From contig OZ242260.1 in NCBI GenBank assembly GCA_965207065.1, forward strand, positions 800,001 through 864,000: DNA of 64,000 nucleotides. The letters are read 5' to 3'. This stretch comes from a bacterium (GTDB lineage Bacteria > UBA8248). A model generated the notes under the pieces. It searched no databases. It was not told where the DNA came from and was given only the letters and a program-made list of their open reading frames with translations. This document shows positions 47,289 through 56,711 of the stretch, one piece after another; position 1 is the stretch's first letter, and every line of letters begins with the position of its first letter. A program made the translations under genes and the position numbers.

Positions 47289-48029
47289 CTAGTGGGGCAT
47301 GTGGGCGGGGTTCCAGAACTCGCCCGTGCGAATCGTGTGGGCCTGCTTATCCCCGCCGGGGTCCCAGCTCTCCTCGTTCTTGCGCGCCTGTTCCTCGAAA
47401 TCATACTCGACGCGGTGGATTTCCCCTGCCCACTTCCCGGCTCCCTGGTATTCGAGCAGGACGTAGGCGGGGCGGTTGTCTCCGTCCCAGTTCACCGCGG
47501 CGGAGGCGGCGCACACGAGGGTCTGCTCCCCGACCTGGCGGATATAAGGGCCGTGACACTGCCCGAAGGCCACGACTTCTGATTTCTCCCCCGCGAGGCG
47601 TTCGAGTATCTCGTCGTCAGTGAGCCTGAGCGGGAGCGCGCCTTCGTCGTTACCCGGCGAACCATGGAAGATGCGGAGATCGTGGCCTGGTTCGGGCGTA
47701 AGCGTCATTTCGCGGGGCAGCCCACGGAGCCAGTCGAGCTGATCTTCGCTCAGGTGCTCGCGCGTCAGGCGGGAACTATCGTTTCGCGCGGGAAAATCGT
47801 TTTCCCCCTCGTCGACGTGGTCGATGACCCAGCGATCGAAATTCCCCAGTATGGGCAGGCAGTTTTTCCTGGAACGCAGGCGATCGACCACCTCGCCCGG
47901 CTCCGGCCCGCCCATGACGTGATCGCCGGGCACTATCTCCCAGTGCACATCGTGCTTGTCGACTTCCGCCAGAACGGCGTCCAGCGGCGCGAGTTGGGCA
48001 TGAATGTCGGAATAAAGCGCGAGTCTCAT
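47289..48029 (-). CDS. Metallophosphoesterase family protein (divergent motifs)
   Basis: SDIHA, GD.V.GGP.P, LGNFD, FHGSP and DGDNRPAY. Confidence 0.8.
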   Translation of the reverse strand: MRLALYSDIHAQLAPLDAVLAEVDKHDVHWEIVPGDHVMGGPEPGEVVDRLRSRKNCLPILGNFDRWVIDHVDEGENDFPARNDSSRLTREHLSEDQLDWLRGLPREMTLTPEPGHDLRIFHGSPGNDEGALPLRLTDDEILERLAGEKSEVVAFGQCHGPYIRQVGEQTLVCAASAAVNWDGDNRPAYVLLEYQGAGKWAGEIHRVEYDFEEQARKNEESWDPGGDKQAHTIRTGEFWNPAHMPH

Positions 48030-48084
48030 TTCTCAATCTCCATAATTGATAATGTATGAATATCTGTATATGCCGATGATCGAA

Positions 48085-49419
48085 CTAGTGTAGCAATCTC
48101 CTGCCGGATTCCGCCAACGCCTCCATCTTCTCCCCGAGGCGGGGGTAGAGCAGCTTCCCGTTTTTCTTCACGGCCTTTCCGGCTACGTAGACCGTATCCA
48201 CGTTGGCGTAAGACGCCTGGAAAACGGCTGTCTCCAGCGGGTCGTTCACGGGATAGAGGTTCAGGTCGGTCTTTCTGATCAGGATGAGGTCCGCCTGCTT
48301 GCCGGGCTTGAGCGTGCCCGCCTTGTATCCCAGCCCCAGTGCGTTGGCGCCGTCTATCGTCGCCCACTCCAGCGCGCGCTTCGCGGGAACCGCGACCTGC
48401 GCCGGCGAGGTTCGCCCGTCGAGTATCTTCTGGTTTTCCTGCGCGCGTGCGAACTGAAGTCCCATCCGCATCATGGTGAACATGTCGCCGCTGATGTTCG
48501 ATTCCACGTCGATCCCGAGCGTCGGCCTGCCACCCAGCGCCAGAACGCGACCGATGACGGGCTCGCCGTGGCCCATCTGCATCTCCACCTCGGGGCAGGA
48601 GGTGACCGAGCAGCCCGAGTCGACGAGTATCCGCAACTCCTCCTCGCTCAACTGGTTCGCGTGCACGGCGTTGAAATCGGGCCCCAGAAGCCCCTTGCGC
48701 GCCAGTTCCCGTATGCCGTCGGGCGTCACCCGGTAGAACCCGCCGCCGATGTGCGCGCTCCAGAGCAAGTCGTATTCACGGGCCAGGCAGATATCGTGCA
48801 CGCACATCTCGAGCGTGGAGAGATCCGGTCCTCTCGTTGCCAGTGCCAGTTTGATGAGCCCGCCGTCCGAAGCCAGCCGCCCCGCCCGCAGGCGCCTCAC
48901 CTCATCGGGGGGATGCGGCCTGTGGCTGAGCGGCGTCTCGCCCTCTGTGATTTTAGGCTTGGGCGTTCCATGGCCGAAAACCGCGCGGATGCCCGCCTCC
49001 TCCAGGCCGTCTAAGCCTGCGTCAGTGTGCTCGGGCGTGGGGTTGTTGTGGCACCAGTCGAAGAGCGTCGTGACGCCGCCGCTGAGTTGATTCAGCGCAC
49101 CCACCAGGTTCGCGAGATAAATATCTTCGGGCTGAAACCCGGGGCCGAAACCCTCGTGCATCTGCCGGATATACTCCACCAGCGACCAGTCGCCCGCGAC
49201 CCCGCGTATGCCCGTCTGCCAGGTATGCTGGTGCGCGTTCACGAAACCGGGCATGACGATGAAATCGCCCGCATCGACGCTTTCGGCCTCGGGGGCATGA
49301 ATGTTCCGGCCGACTTCCCGTATCTCATCGTCCTCGATGAGCAGGTCCCCGCCTTCGACCTCGCCGAGTACGGGGTCGAGCGTGAGAATGCTGCCACCGC
49401 GCAGGAGCGTCCTCCCCAT
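48085..49419 (-). CDS. Metal-dependent amidohydrolase (MTA/SAH deaminase, AtzA-like family)
   Basis: PGFVNAHQH, CPEVEMQMGHG, LGID and G.L.PGKQADL; starts MGRTLLRGG and overlaps the upstream stop. Confidence 0.85.
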   Translation of the reverse strand: MGRTLLRGGSILTLDPVLGEVEGGDLLIEDDEIREVGRNIHAPEAESVDAGDFIVMPGFVNAHQHTWQTGIRGVAGDWSLVEYIRQMHEGFGPGFQPEDIYLANLVGALNQLSGGVTTLFDWCHNNPTPEHTDAGLDGLEEAGIRAVFGHGTPKPKITEGETPLSHRPHPPDEVRRLRAGRLASDGGLIKLALATRGPDLSTLEMCVHDICLAREYDLLWSAHIGGGFYRVTPDGIRELARKGLLGPDFNAVHANQLSEEELRILVDSGCSVTSCPEVEMQMGHGEPVIGRVLALGGRPTLGIDVESNISGDMFTMMRMGLQFARAQENQKILDGRTSPAQVAVPAKRALEWATIDGANALGLGYKAGTLKPGKQADLILIRKTDLNLYPVNDPLETAVFQASYANVDTVYVAGKAVKKNGKLLYPRLGEKMEALAESGRRLLH

Positions 49420-50528
49420 TACAAAGAACCTCCCGCGGGCGGCGCGTACTCCCGGAGCGCCTCTTCTTTCCACTGCAGTCCGAGGCCTGGTTTGTCGGTA
49501 AGCACCAGATTCCCGTCCCTGAACTCCATCGGCTCCTCGATGATGCACTCCCACCAGGGCATGTTCTCGCACCAGACGCCGTGCTCCTCCGCACTCAGAA
49601 GATGCGCCGAAACCTCGTGGAACAGGTGCGGTGTCACCGGCTTTCCGAACTCTTTCGCGATCGCCGCCGCACGGCGCCAGCCCGTGACGCCGGAGCAGCG
49701 CTCGAGATCGGGCATCAGGATATCGGCCGCGCCCGCGACGAGCAGGTGGCGCATCCCGCGCGGGTTGTAGTTCGTCTCCCCGGTGCAGATGGGAATGTTG
49801 CTGGCCTTGGCTACCTCGGCGCACCCCCTGATGTCTTCGTGATCGACCGGCTCCTCCACCCAGTAGAGATCGAACGGATCGAACGCCCTGCACGCCTCTT
49901 TCGCGGTTTCCACGTCCCAGGCCTGGTTGGCGTCCACCATGAGCGCGACCTCATCCCCTATCGCCTCACGCACGGCGCGGATTCGCTCGACGTCGTCATC
50001 CACCCTGCCGCCCACGCGGAGCTTCATGGCCTTGAAGCCGCGCGCCTTGAGCGCTGCAGCCTCCTCCATGAGTTCGTCTATCGTGAGGTTGAGCCAGAGG
50101 CCCTCGCTCGCGTAGCAGGGAATCTCGCGCTTCTCGCCGCCCAGGTACTTCCACAGCGGCTGGCCCGCCGCCTGGGCCGCCAGGTCCCAGCAGGCGGTAT
50201 CGAGCGCGGACATCGCCAGGGCGCTGATGCCGTCGCGGCCCACGAAGCTCACCGCCTTGCGCATGGCCTCCCAGTTCGCCTCGGCGTCGGCGGGGTCCTT
50301 GCCGAGCAGGTTGGCGAACAGATCGCGCACCATCGCTATCATCGCGCGGGTGCGCTCGGGTCCGAAGGCGAAGCACCAGCCGTGGCCCTTCAAGCCCTCT
50401 TTCGTCCGGAGAGTGACGCAGCAGGTGTCGACGGCATGCACCTCGAAAGTGGCCACCTTGAGCGGCCGGGCCAGCGGCACGCAAACGTGCGCCGGCGTCA
50501 TGCTGATAATGGTTTGAGAAGACGGCAA
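49419..50528 (-). CDS. Mandelate racemase/muconate-lactonizing enzyme family protein
   Basis: DTACWDL, K.RVG, LMVDANQ, WVEEP, TGE, PHLF and PGLG; TTG start with an AGGAGG RBS. Confidence 0.9.
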   Translation of the reverse strand: MPSSQTIISMTPAHVCVPLARPLKVATFEVHAVDTCCVTLRTKEGLKGHGWCFAFGPERTRAMIAMVRDLFANLLGKDPADAEANWEAMRKAVSFVGRDGISALAMSALDTACWDLAAQAAGQPLWKYLGGEKREIPCYASEGLWLNLTIDELMEEAAALKARGFKAMKLRVGGRVDDDVERIRAVREAIGDEVALMVDANQAWDVETAKEACRAFDPFDLYWVEEPVDHEDIRGCAEVAKASNIPICTGETNYNPRGMRHLLVAGAADILMPDLERCSGVTGWRRAAAIAKEFGKPVTPHLFHEVSAHLLSAEEHGVWCENMPWWECIIEEPMEFRDGNLVLTDKPGLGLQWKEEALREYAPPAGGSL

Positions 50529-50669
50529 AACGTACCTCCTTCGCAAAGAGTGTGGGATGTCGCCCTGTCCTTCATGAGCTTTGCGCGACAGGTTACCCTG
50601 TTCGGCCCCGAATGGCTATAATCGCGTGTCTCGCAATTTTGTGAGAAACCCGAGGGAGTAATACCAAAG

Positions 50670-51539
50670 ATGACCGCTATCCGGCTTCAGAAAATTATCG
50701 CCCAGGCGGGCCTCGCCTCGCGCCGTGAAGCGGAACGCCTGATCGAGGAGGGCTGCGTTCGGGTGAATGGAGCGCGCGTGGTCACCTTAGGCGCCAAGGC
50801 GGACCCGCTGACCGATTCCATCAAGGTGAACGGAAAGCTCATTACGAAAAAGGAGGCTCCCCTCTACCTGGTGCTGAACAAACCGAAGAACGTGCTCACC
50901 ACCATGCAGGACGAGGAGGGCAAGGACAGGCCCACGGTGGCGGACCTGCTGCCCCAGGGCTTGAGACGCGTATTCCCCGTCGGCAGGCTCGATTTCGACG
51001 TCGAGGGGGTGTTGCTCCTCACCAACGACGGGGAGATGGCGAACCGCCTCGCCCACCCGAGATACGGGATACCCCGCGTCTATGAGGCGAAGGTGAAGGG
51101 AGCGCCCACCGAGGCCGCCCTCGCCCGGATGGCGGACGGGTCATGGATGCGCGGGCGGAGAAGGAAACCCCAGGAAGCGCTCGTGCGGACCATCCGCGCA
51201 AAGACGGAGAAGAACACATGGCTCAGAATCGAACTCCACGAGGGCAGACAACACCAGGTCAAGAGGATGTGCGAGGCCGTGGGGCACCCTGTCATCAAGC
51301 TCGTCCGGCGCGCATACGGGGGGATCACGGCCAGGGGCCTTCCCGCCGCCAAAGTGAGGACCCTCACCCACGATGAGGTCGAAAAACTGAAGCTGATGAC
51401 GAATATCCGCACCGAAGCGGCGAAGCTTCCGCCATCCAGAGTGGGCTGGGCCAAGGCCAAGGCGAAACCGAAGCGCACACCGCGCGGACAATCAGCAAAA
51501 CAGAAAACGAAAGCACCCGGTAAAACCGGCTCCTCATGA
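50670..51539 (+). CDS. rluB: 23S rRNA pseudouridine synthase (RluB/RsuA family)
   Basis: S4 domain RLQKIIAQAGLASRR, VGRLD..GVLLLTNDG and EGRQHQVKRM. Confidence 0.88.
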   Translation: MTAIRLQKIIAQAGLASRREAERLIEEGCVRVNGARVVTLGAKADPLTDSIKVNGKLITKKEAPLYLVLNKPKNVLTTMQDEEGKDRPTVADLLPQGLRRVFPVGRLDFDVEGVLLLTNDGEMANRLAHPRYGIPRVYEAKVKGAPTEAALARMADGSWMRGRRRKPQEALVRTIRAKTEKNTWLRIELHEGRQHQVKRMCEAVGHPVIKLVRRAYGGITARGLPAAKVRTLTHDEVEKLKLMTNIRTEAAKLPPSRVGWAKAKAKPKRTPRGQSAKQKTKAPGKTGSS

Positions 51540-51638
51540 TGCAGGCGCTTGATGGACGCTCCAAGCAAAGAAAACCACGGGGTTCGTGTGTTATGATGCG
51601 TCAATACGCGAGAGAAAAGTAAAAAGGCCGCTTAAACG

Positions 51639-52244
51639 ATGAGCGCACCTGCTTCAAACAGATTAACGCTGGCGACCAAGATCACGCTGGTCCGGGTTTT
51701 CCTGATCCCCGTTTTCGTGATGTGCCTCGCCTACAAGAAGCCGGGAATCGCCCTGGCCGTCTTCATCATCGCGGGCGTGGCGGACGGGGTCGACGGCTAT
51801 ATCGCGAGACGGCGCGGCGAGATGACGGAGTTGGGCGCCATGCTCGACCCCATTGCGGACAAACTGCTCATGTTCACCGCATACATGATGATGGGGATTT
51901 CAGGACAAATCCCGATCTGGCTGGCCGTCTCCGTGGTGAGCCGGGATCTGCTGCTGTCCATCGGCTGCCTGATGCTGTTCATGAGCGTGGGCTTCCAGAC
52001 GCCGTCTCCTTCCATGCTGGGGAAAACCACGACGACCGCCCAGATGGTCACCGCAGGTGCCGCTCTTCTGGCGGCGGCGCTGAGCGCGGAGACAAACATC
52101 GTGCTATTGACCATGTACTTGATCACCTGCGGACTGACGCTCGCCTCGGGGGTTCATTATCTCTTCTTCGTGGGCACCCGGATGGTTTACGAGAAACCGG
52201 ACGAAAGCCAAACGGAGAAATCCACCCCTGCGGCCCGGAACTGA
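51639..52244 (+). CDS. CDP-alcohol phosphatidyltransferase (PgsA-like)
   Basis: DGVDGYIARR...T.LGAMLDPIADKL. Confidence 0.9.
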   Translation: MSAPASNRLTLATKITLVRVFLIPVFVMCLAYKKPGIALAVFIIAGVADGVDGYIARRRGEMTELGAMLDPIADKLLMFTAYMMMGISGQIPIWLAVSVVSRDLLLSIGCLMLFMSVGFQTPSPSMLGKTTTTAQMVTAGAALLAAALSAETNIVLLTMYLITCGLTLASGVHYLFFVGTRMVYEKPDESQTEKSTPAARN

Positions 52245-52260
52245 GGCCAGGCTGACCGAC

Positions 52261-53307
52261 ATGGACAATCAACCCCAAATCCTCACGTGGAAGAGAATAT
52301 GGCTTATTCTCATATTCATCGCCGGCATCTGGCTTCTGGTGAGCGCCCGCGCGGCGCTGGTGCCCCTCGCGGCTTCCTTCATCCTCGCCTATCTGCTCCA
52401 GCCCCTGGTCGATAAGCTGGAGAGATGGAAAATACCGAGGCCCCTCGCCGTCCTGATCCCCCTGCTGGGTTTGGGCTTGGTTCTTTTGATCTTGTGGGCG
52501 AGCATCGCGCCCGTGGTGCGAGAGCAAGTGACGGCGTTCGCCAAGAAGCTTCCCGACTACATCAAGCTCACACAATCCTGGCTCATCGCCACGCTCGATA
52601 AATTCGACCTCCCCCAGACGGCCGAACTCCAGAAATACTTCACCGAAAACCTCTCCTTGCTGAGCCAGTTTCCCGTTACCGCGCTCAGGTTCCTGCTGAG
52701 AACGACCAGCGGCATTTTTTCCATCGCCATCGGCATGATCTATCTCATCCTCATCCCCGTGATGACCTTCTATGTCCTGAGGGACTGGAAAGAGCTATGG
52801 AAGGGGTTTTTCGCCTACGTGCACCGCGACTACCGCGCTGAGGTGGAGAAAAGGGTCTTCCGGCTCGACGAACTGCTCGGTTCGTTCATCAAGGGGCAGT
52901 TGCTGATCGCCTTCATCCTCTCCGCAGTGTACGTGCTGGGCTTCTTCATCGTGGACATGCCGCTGTGGCTGGTGATGGGCATTTTTACGGGTATCGCCTG
53001 CATGTTTCCCTACGTGGAATGGATTATCGCCCTGCCGATCGCCCTGCTGCTCTCCGCACTCGGCCATCAGGACTGGCTCCACCCGCTGGCAACGCTGGCC
53101 GTGTTCGGGATCATCTCGCCCATAGCGGGCATGACCCTCGTTCCCCGCATCCTGGGCAACCGCATCGGACTTCACCCCGTGGTGGTGCTCGCATCCATCA
53201 TGATAGGGGGGGAGTTGATGGGATTCGCGGGAATCCTCCTCGCCGTCCCGCTCGCGGCGGCCATCAAGGTGGCTCTCGAGGCCATTTCAGACTACTACCT
53301 GATGTAA
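52261..53307 (+). CDS. AI-2E (PerM) family transporter
   Basis: ILAYLLQPLV, FIKGQL and PRILG..IGLHPVVV..GGELMGFAGILLAVP. Confidence 0.9.
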   Translation: MDNQPQILTWKRIWLILIFIAGIWLLVSARAALVPLAASFILAYLLQPLVDKLERWKIPRPLAVLIPLLGLGLVLLILWASIAPVVREQVTAFAKKLPDYIKLTQSWLIATLDKFDLPQTAELQKYFTENLSLLSQFPVTALRFLLRTTSGIFSIAIGMIYLILIPVMTFYVLRDWKELWKGFFAYVHRDYRAEVEKRVFRLDELLGSFIKGQLLIAFILSAVYVLGFFIVDMPLWLVMGIFTGIACMFPYVEWIIALPIALLLSALGHQDWLHPLATLAVFGIISPIAGMTLVPRILGNRIGLHPVVVLASIMIGGELMGFAGILLAVPLAAAIKVALEAISDYYLM

Positions 53308-53425
53308 GTTTTCCTGGACGTTCCTCGCGGTTGGCGTGAACCACCGCTCAGTGGGTTGTTGAAAAAGCCCTTGAGTGGGAAAAGGAAACCCCCTTAAAAG
53401 GGAAACCCCATAAAGGCACCCCCCC

Positions 53426-53583
53426 CTACTCGGGTACTTCCACCCCCCGGTCCACGGCGCGGGCCATGAGGAAGAGGAGGTCGGAGACGCGGTTCAGGTA
53501 GACGAGCAGGTCGGGGTTGTCGATGTAGCCCTCATCCCGCAGCTTGACCGACCATCTCTCCCCCCGGCGGATGATGGTGAGCG
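53426..53583 (-). pseudogene. Displaced duplicate 3' fragment of pduO (last ~51 codons)
   Basis: LTIIRRGERWSVKLRDEGYIDNPDLLVYLNRVSDLLFLMARAVDRGVEVPE*; no 5' part. Confidence 0.9.
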
Positions 53584-53603
53584 AAATCGTCAGCCACCCA
53601 CGC

Positions 53604-54257
53604 CTAAACCTGAATCTTTCCCTCGATGAAAGCTCTGGCGCATTCGTAGTGCCAGTTTGTTTTGGTCTTCGTGTGAAACCGCCGCAGCGTGTAGCCAGGC
53701 GCTTTCGGCGCGCTTTTCGAGTTGCACCAGATATACCGGGTTCCATTGACGCCTTCGGTCAATGCGCAAAACAAGCCCACGTAATCCTTACCGCCGAAGA
53801 AAACGACATCATCCCCGGTTTCATCAGGCAGCATATTGAAATCTTCATACTGGTCTTTCTTTCGTCTGCGTTTGTACGCATCAGCGCGTGGGCTGAAGGT
53901 AATGTCATAAACAGGCGTCAGGAAATCTGAGCGGATCAAACCCCACCCCGCAGAGAGGATATAGAAACGCTCCAAACCGCAATGTTCCTTCAGGAGCCGA
54001 TAGACCGGATTTTCGTAGAGTTGCCAGGCAGGAAGAAGTCCGTGCGGGTTGCCGCGAAGTTCGGTATTGTATTCCAAAAGCATGGCTCGCCACGACACTC
54101 CTGTTTTGGAATCATCATCCGGTCGCGCGTAGGCTTGGCTCAAACCACCGGGCGCTGCGCCGGGATCGGCGACGAACAATACCTTTCGTTCATCTCGCGT
54201 GCGCAGATGGCCGGCTTCGGGATTCTTTCTTGCGGCGCATTGTATGACGAGGATCAA
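53604..54257 (-). CDS. YaaA-like / DUF6884-like hypothetical protein
   Basis: LVIQCAARK ... PAWQLY ... FYILSAGWGLI ... YD pattern resembles the YaaA/DUF6884 fold. Confidence 0.6.
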   Translation of the reverse strand: MILVIQCAARKNPEAGHLRTRDERKVLFVADPGAAPGGLSQAYARPDDDSKTGVSWRAMLLEYNTELRGNPHGLLPAWQLYENPVYRLLKEHCGLERFYILSAGWGLIRSDFLTPVYDITFSPRADAYKRRRKKDQYEDFNMLPDETGDDVVFFGGKDYVGLFCALTEGVNGTRYIWCNSKSAPKAPGYTLRRFHTKTKTNWHYECARAFIEGKIQV

Positions 54258-54976
54258 GCGGGAATTTCCATCTCATCGATCAAGCGCGGCAGTTCGTCGA
54301 GAAAGGCCGGGTCGTAGTCTTCATTGACGTGGTTCGAGTTCCAGAGTCCTGAGCTCCGGACTTTTTCCCTGTCACTATTACAACCAAGCCACGAAGAAGG
54401 CGGATCGATGGGATGCTTGCCCCAGTTGCTCAAGAGGGCAATCGCGTTCCTCTCGATGTATCCACGCTTACTTTCAGGACCCGCTTCGTCCTCGATGGCG
54501 AGCCAGAGAAAGGGCATGTCGCCGATATGCCTGCTGACGGTTCTTTCCAGGCACAGTTCGCTCGTTCTGACTTCTCGCGACGCCGTGTCCCCCATTCCCC
54601 AACAGGGATAGTCCAGACTGTCTTTTTTTATCAGGGCCGCTCCCACAATTTTCCTGAAGATCGACCCCCGGTGATTGCCGCCGCTTGTGCGCGTTATTCC
54701 TTTATGTTGTTTCAGACGCGTCCAGAGTTTGGTTTTGCTCCCGGCTTTCAGGGCGTGCGTACCCACCCGCACAATGCGCGAACCTTTCCCGGTATCGGCG
54801 CGGACTTCGCCTTCCTCCTTGAAAAAATAAACTCCGCGCTTGGGCCACCTCATTTTGCCCGAACAATCGGACAATCGGCGCGCTCCGCCGAGACGCTCCT
54901 CAAGCATTGCTAGAAGATCATAAAACCGCTTCAAATCGTCGAGGCGTGATGATGAAGACGGCTGGCTTGTCGGCAT
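54254..54976 (-). CDS. GIY-YIG-like nuclease hypothetical protein
   Basis: PKRGVYFF ... IVRVGT ... LWTRLKQH ... IERNAI ... WN follows the GIY/YIG/R/E/N motif order. Confidence 0.55.
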   Translation of the reverse strand: MPTSQPSSSSRLDDLKRFYDLLAMLEERLGGARRLSDCSGKMRWPKRGVYFFKEEGEVRADTGKGSRIVRVGTHALKAGSKTKLWTRLKQHKGITRTSGGNHRGSIFRKIVGAALIKKDSLDYPCWGMGDTASREVRTSELCLERTVSRHIGDMPFLWLAIEDEAGPESKRGYIERNAIALLSNWGKHPIDPPSSWLGCNSDREKVRSSGLWNSNHVNEDYDPAFLDELPRLIDEMEIPA

Positions 54977-55046
54977 GAATTATCCTAAGAAAACATTTCG
55001 ATGCGCCGGGGCACGGCGTAGATCGTTTCGCGTTTTTCGAATTGAA

Positions 55047-55571
55047 TCAGGCGGGTACTTCCACCCCCCGGTCCACGGCGCGGGCCATGAGGAAGAGCAG
55101 GTCCGAGACGCGGTTCAGGTAGATGAGCAGGTCGGGGTTGTCGATGTAGCCCTCATCCCGCAGTTTGACCGACCATCTCTCGCCCCGGCGGATGATGGTG
55201 AGCGCCATGTCCAGCGCGGCGCCGCAGGGCGAATCGCCCGAGATCACCCAGTCGGTGATTTGAATCTCTTTCTCGTAGCGCGCCACCTGCGCGTCGGCCC
55301 ACGCGACCTGCTCCGCGCCCACGCGCTCTTTGAGCCTGCCGAGTTTGCCCCGCAGCGTCGCCAGGTCGCTGCTCACGAGGTAGAGGTCTTTCTGAATTTT
55401 GAGGATTTCGGGCTTCAGCCATTCGGGGGCCGTCGAGCGGGCGAGGCCGAGCGCGGCTTTCGCCTCATCGAGCGCGCCGTAGGCCTGCACTTGGGGATGA
55501 TACTTGGGAACCCTGTCCGCGAACCATAAATCGGTGTTCCCATCGTCTCCCCTTCTCGTGACGATGGACAT
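55047..55571 (-). CDS. pduO: Cob(I)alamin adenosyltransferase, PduO type
   Basis: TRRGDDGNT, RVPK...AYGALDE, RRGER and YLNRVSDLLF. Confidence 0.93.
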   Translation of the reverse strand: MSIVTRRGDDGNTDLWFADRVPKYHPQVQAYGALDEAKAALGLARSTAPEWLKPEILKIQKDLYLVSSDLATLRGKLGRLKERVGAEQVAWADAQVARYEKEIQITDWVISGDSPCGAALDMALTIIRRGERWSVKLRDEGYIDNPDLLIYLNRVSDLLFLMARAVDRGVEVPA

Positions 55572-55588
55572 CGGCTCACTCCTTCAGG

Positions 55589-56650
55589 CTAGAGTCTCTT
55601 GATGACGTCGGTGGCGACGGAGCGCGTCGTCCCTGTGCCCCCTAAGTCCGCCGTGCGGTTGCCACCGGCCAGATGCGCGCGAACCGCGCCGTCGAGCCGC
55701 TTCGCCGCGCGCTCCTCGCCCAGATAATCGACCATCAAGGCGGCGGAAATAAGCGCGGCCACCGGGTTGGCGATCCCCTTGCCCATGATGTCGGGTGCGG
55801 AGCCGTGCACGGGCTCGAACAGGCCGGGCGCATCTCCCTTGGGATTCGTGTTGGCGCTCGCGGCGACTCCCAGCCCGCCGACGATGGCGGCGCCCAGGTC
55901 CGTCAGGATGTCGCCGAAGAGGTTCGTGGACACCACAACGTCGAAATGCTCGGGCCTTCTCACGAACTCCAAGGCGGCGGCGTCTACGAGATATTTCGCC
56001 GTCTCGATTTTCTTGTAGCGGGGCCTTGCGGCGACTTCCTCAAAAATCTCATCCCACATCACCAGCGTATGGCCCTGCGCGTTCGATTTCGTGATGTTGG
56101 TCACGTGCTTTTTCCGCTTGAGCGCCGCCTCGAACGCCGCCTCGATAATGCGCTCACAGCCCATGCGCGTGAAGAGCGTGATCTGGGCGGCCAGCTCTCC
56201 CGGGTGTCCCTCGTAGTGTCTGCCGCCGATGGGGCTGTATTCCCCCTCGGTATTCTCGCGGAAGAAGAGCATGTCGATGTCGCCCGGCTCGTAACCGCGC
56301 AGCGGCGATTCCAGCCCCTCGTACAGGACGATGGGCCGCATGTTGACGTAAAGGTCGAAACCCCTGCGCAGCGGAAGCAGAAGCTGGTTGAGGGTGATGT
56401 GATCGGGGATGTCGGGCCGGCCCACCGCGCCGAGCAGAATCGCGTCGTGCTTTCTCACGCGGTCCAGAAAATTCTCCGGGCACATACGGCCCGTCTCGTG
56501 ATAGAAATCGCTCCCCCAGGGGTATTTCGTGAAAGAAAACTCAAGGCCGCGCTCGCTCTTCGCCAGCGCCCTTAAAACGCGCACAGCCTGTGTGATGACT
56601 TCGGGCCCGATGCCGTCCGCGGGAATTAAACCGATGCTGTGCTTCGCCAT
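55589..56650 (-). CDS. Tartrate/isopropylmalate dehydrogenase family (beta-decarboxylating dehydrogenase)
   Basis: DGIGPEV, RENTEGEY, NLFGDILTD and FEPVHGSAPDI.GKGIANP. Confidence 0.9.
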   Translation of the reverse strand: MAKHSIGLIPADGIGPEVITQAVRVLRALAKSERGLEFSFTKYPWGSDFYHETGRMCPENFLDRVRKHDAILLGAVGRPDIPDHITLNQLLLPLRRGFDLYVNMRPIVLYEGLESPLRGYEPGDIDMLFFRENTEGEYSPIGGRHYEGHPGELAAQITLFTRMGCERIIEAAFEAALKRKKHVTNITKSNAQGHTLVMWDEIFEEVAARPRYKKIETAKYLVDAAALEFVRRPEHFDVVVSTNLFGDILTDLGAAIVGGLGVAASANTNPKGDAPGLFEPVHGSAPDIMGKGIANPVAALISAALMVDYLGEERAAKRLDGAVRAHLAGGNRTADLGGTGTTRSVATDVIKRL

Positions 56651-56711
56651 TGCTTCTCCCTATTGATTCCATGCGCGGCAGGTACGTCGTTCTCATCCCC
56701 GCCACTTAGAA

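Larger units (their letters stand above)
53431..55204. mobile_element. Two-gene islet bounded by 153-bp direct repeats (53431-53583 and 55052-55204)
   Basis: Repeats differ at 5 of 153 positions by manual comparison; the internal genes are visibly more AT-rich; no integrase inside. Confidence 0.75.

Noticed and set aside
53381-53426. Short AAAGG(G)AAACCCC-like tandem repeats as a CRISPR or att site
   Set aside because: Only about three degenerate ~15-nt units with no spacers and no cas genes.
53426-53746. 106-aa ORF as a real gene
   Set aside because: It is a chance fusion of an alternative frame of the upstream gene with the duplicated pduO 3' fragment.
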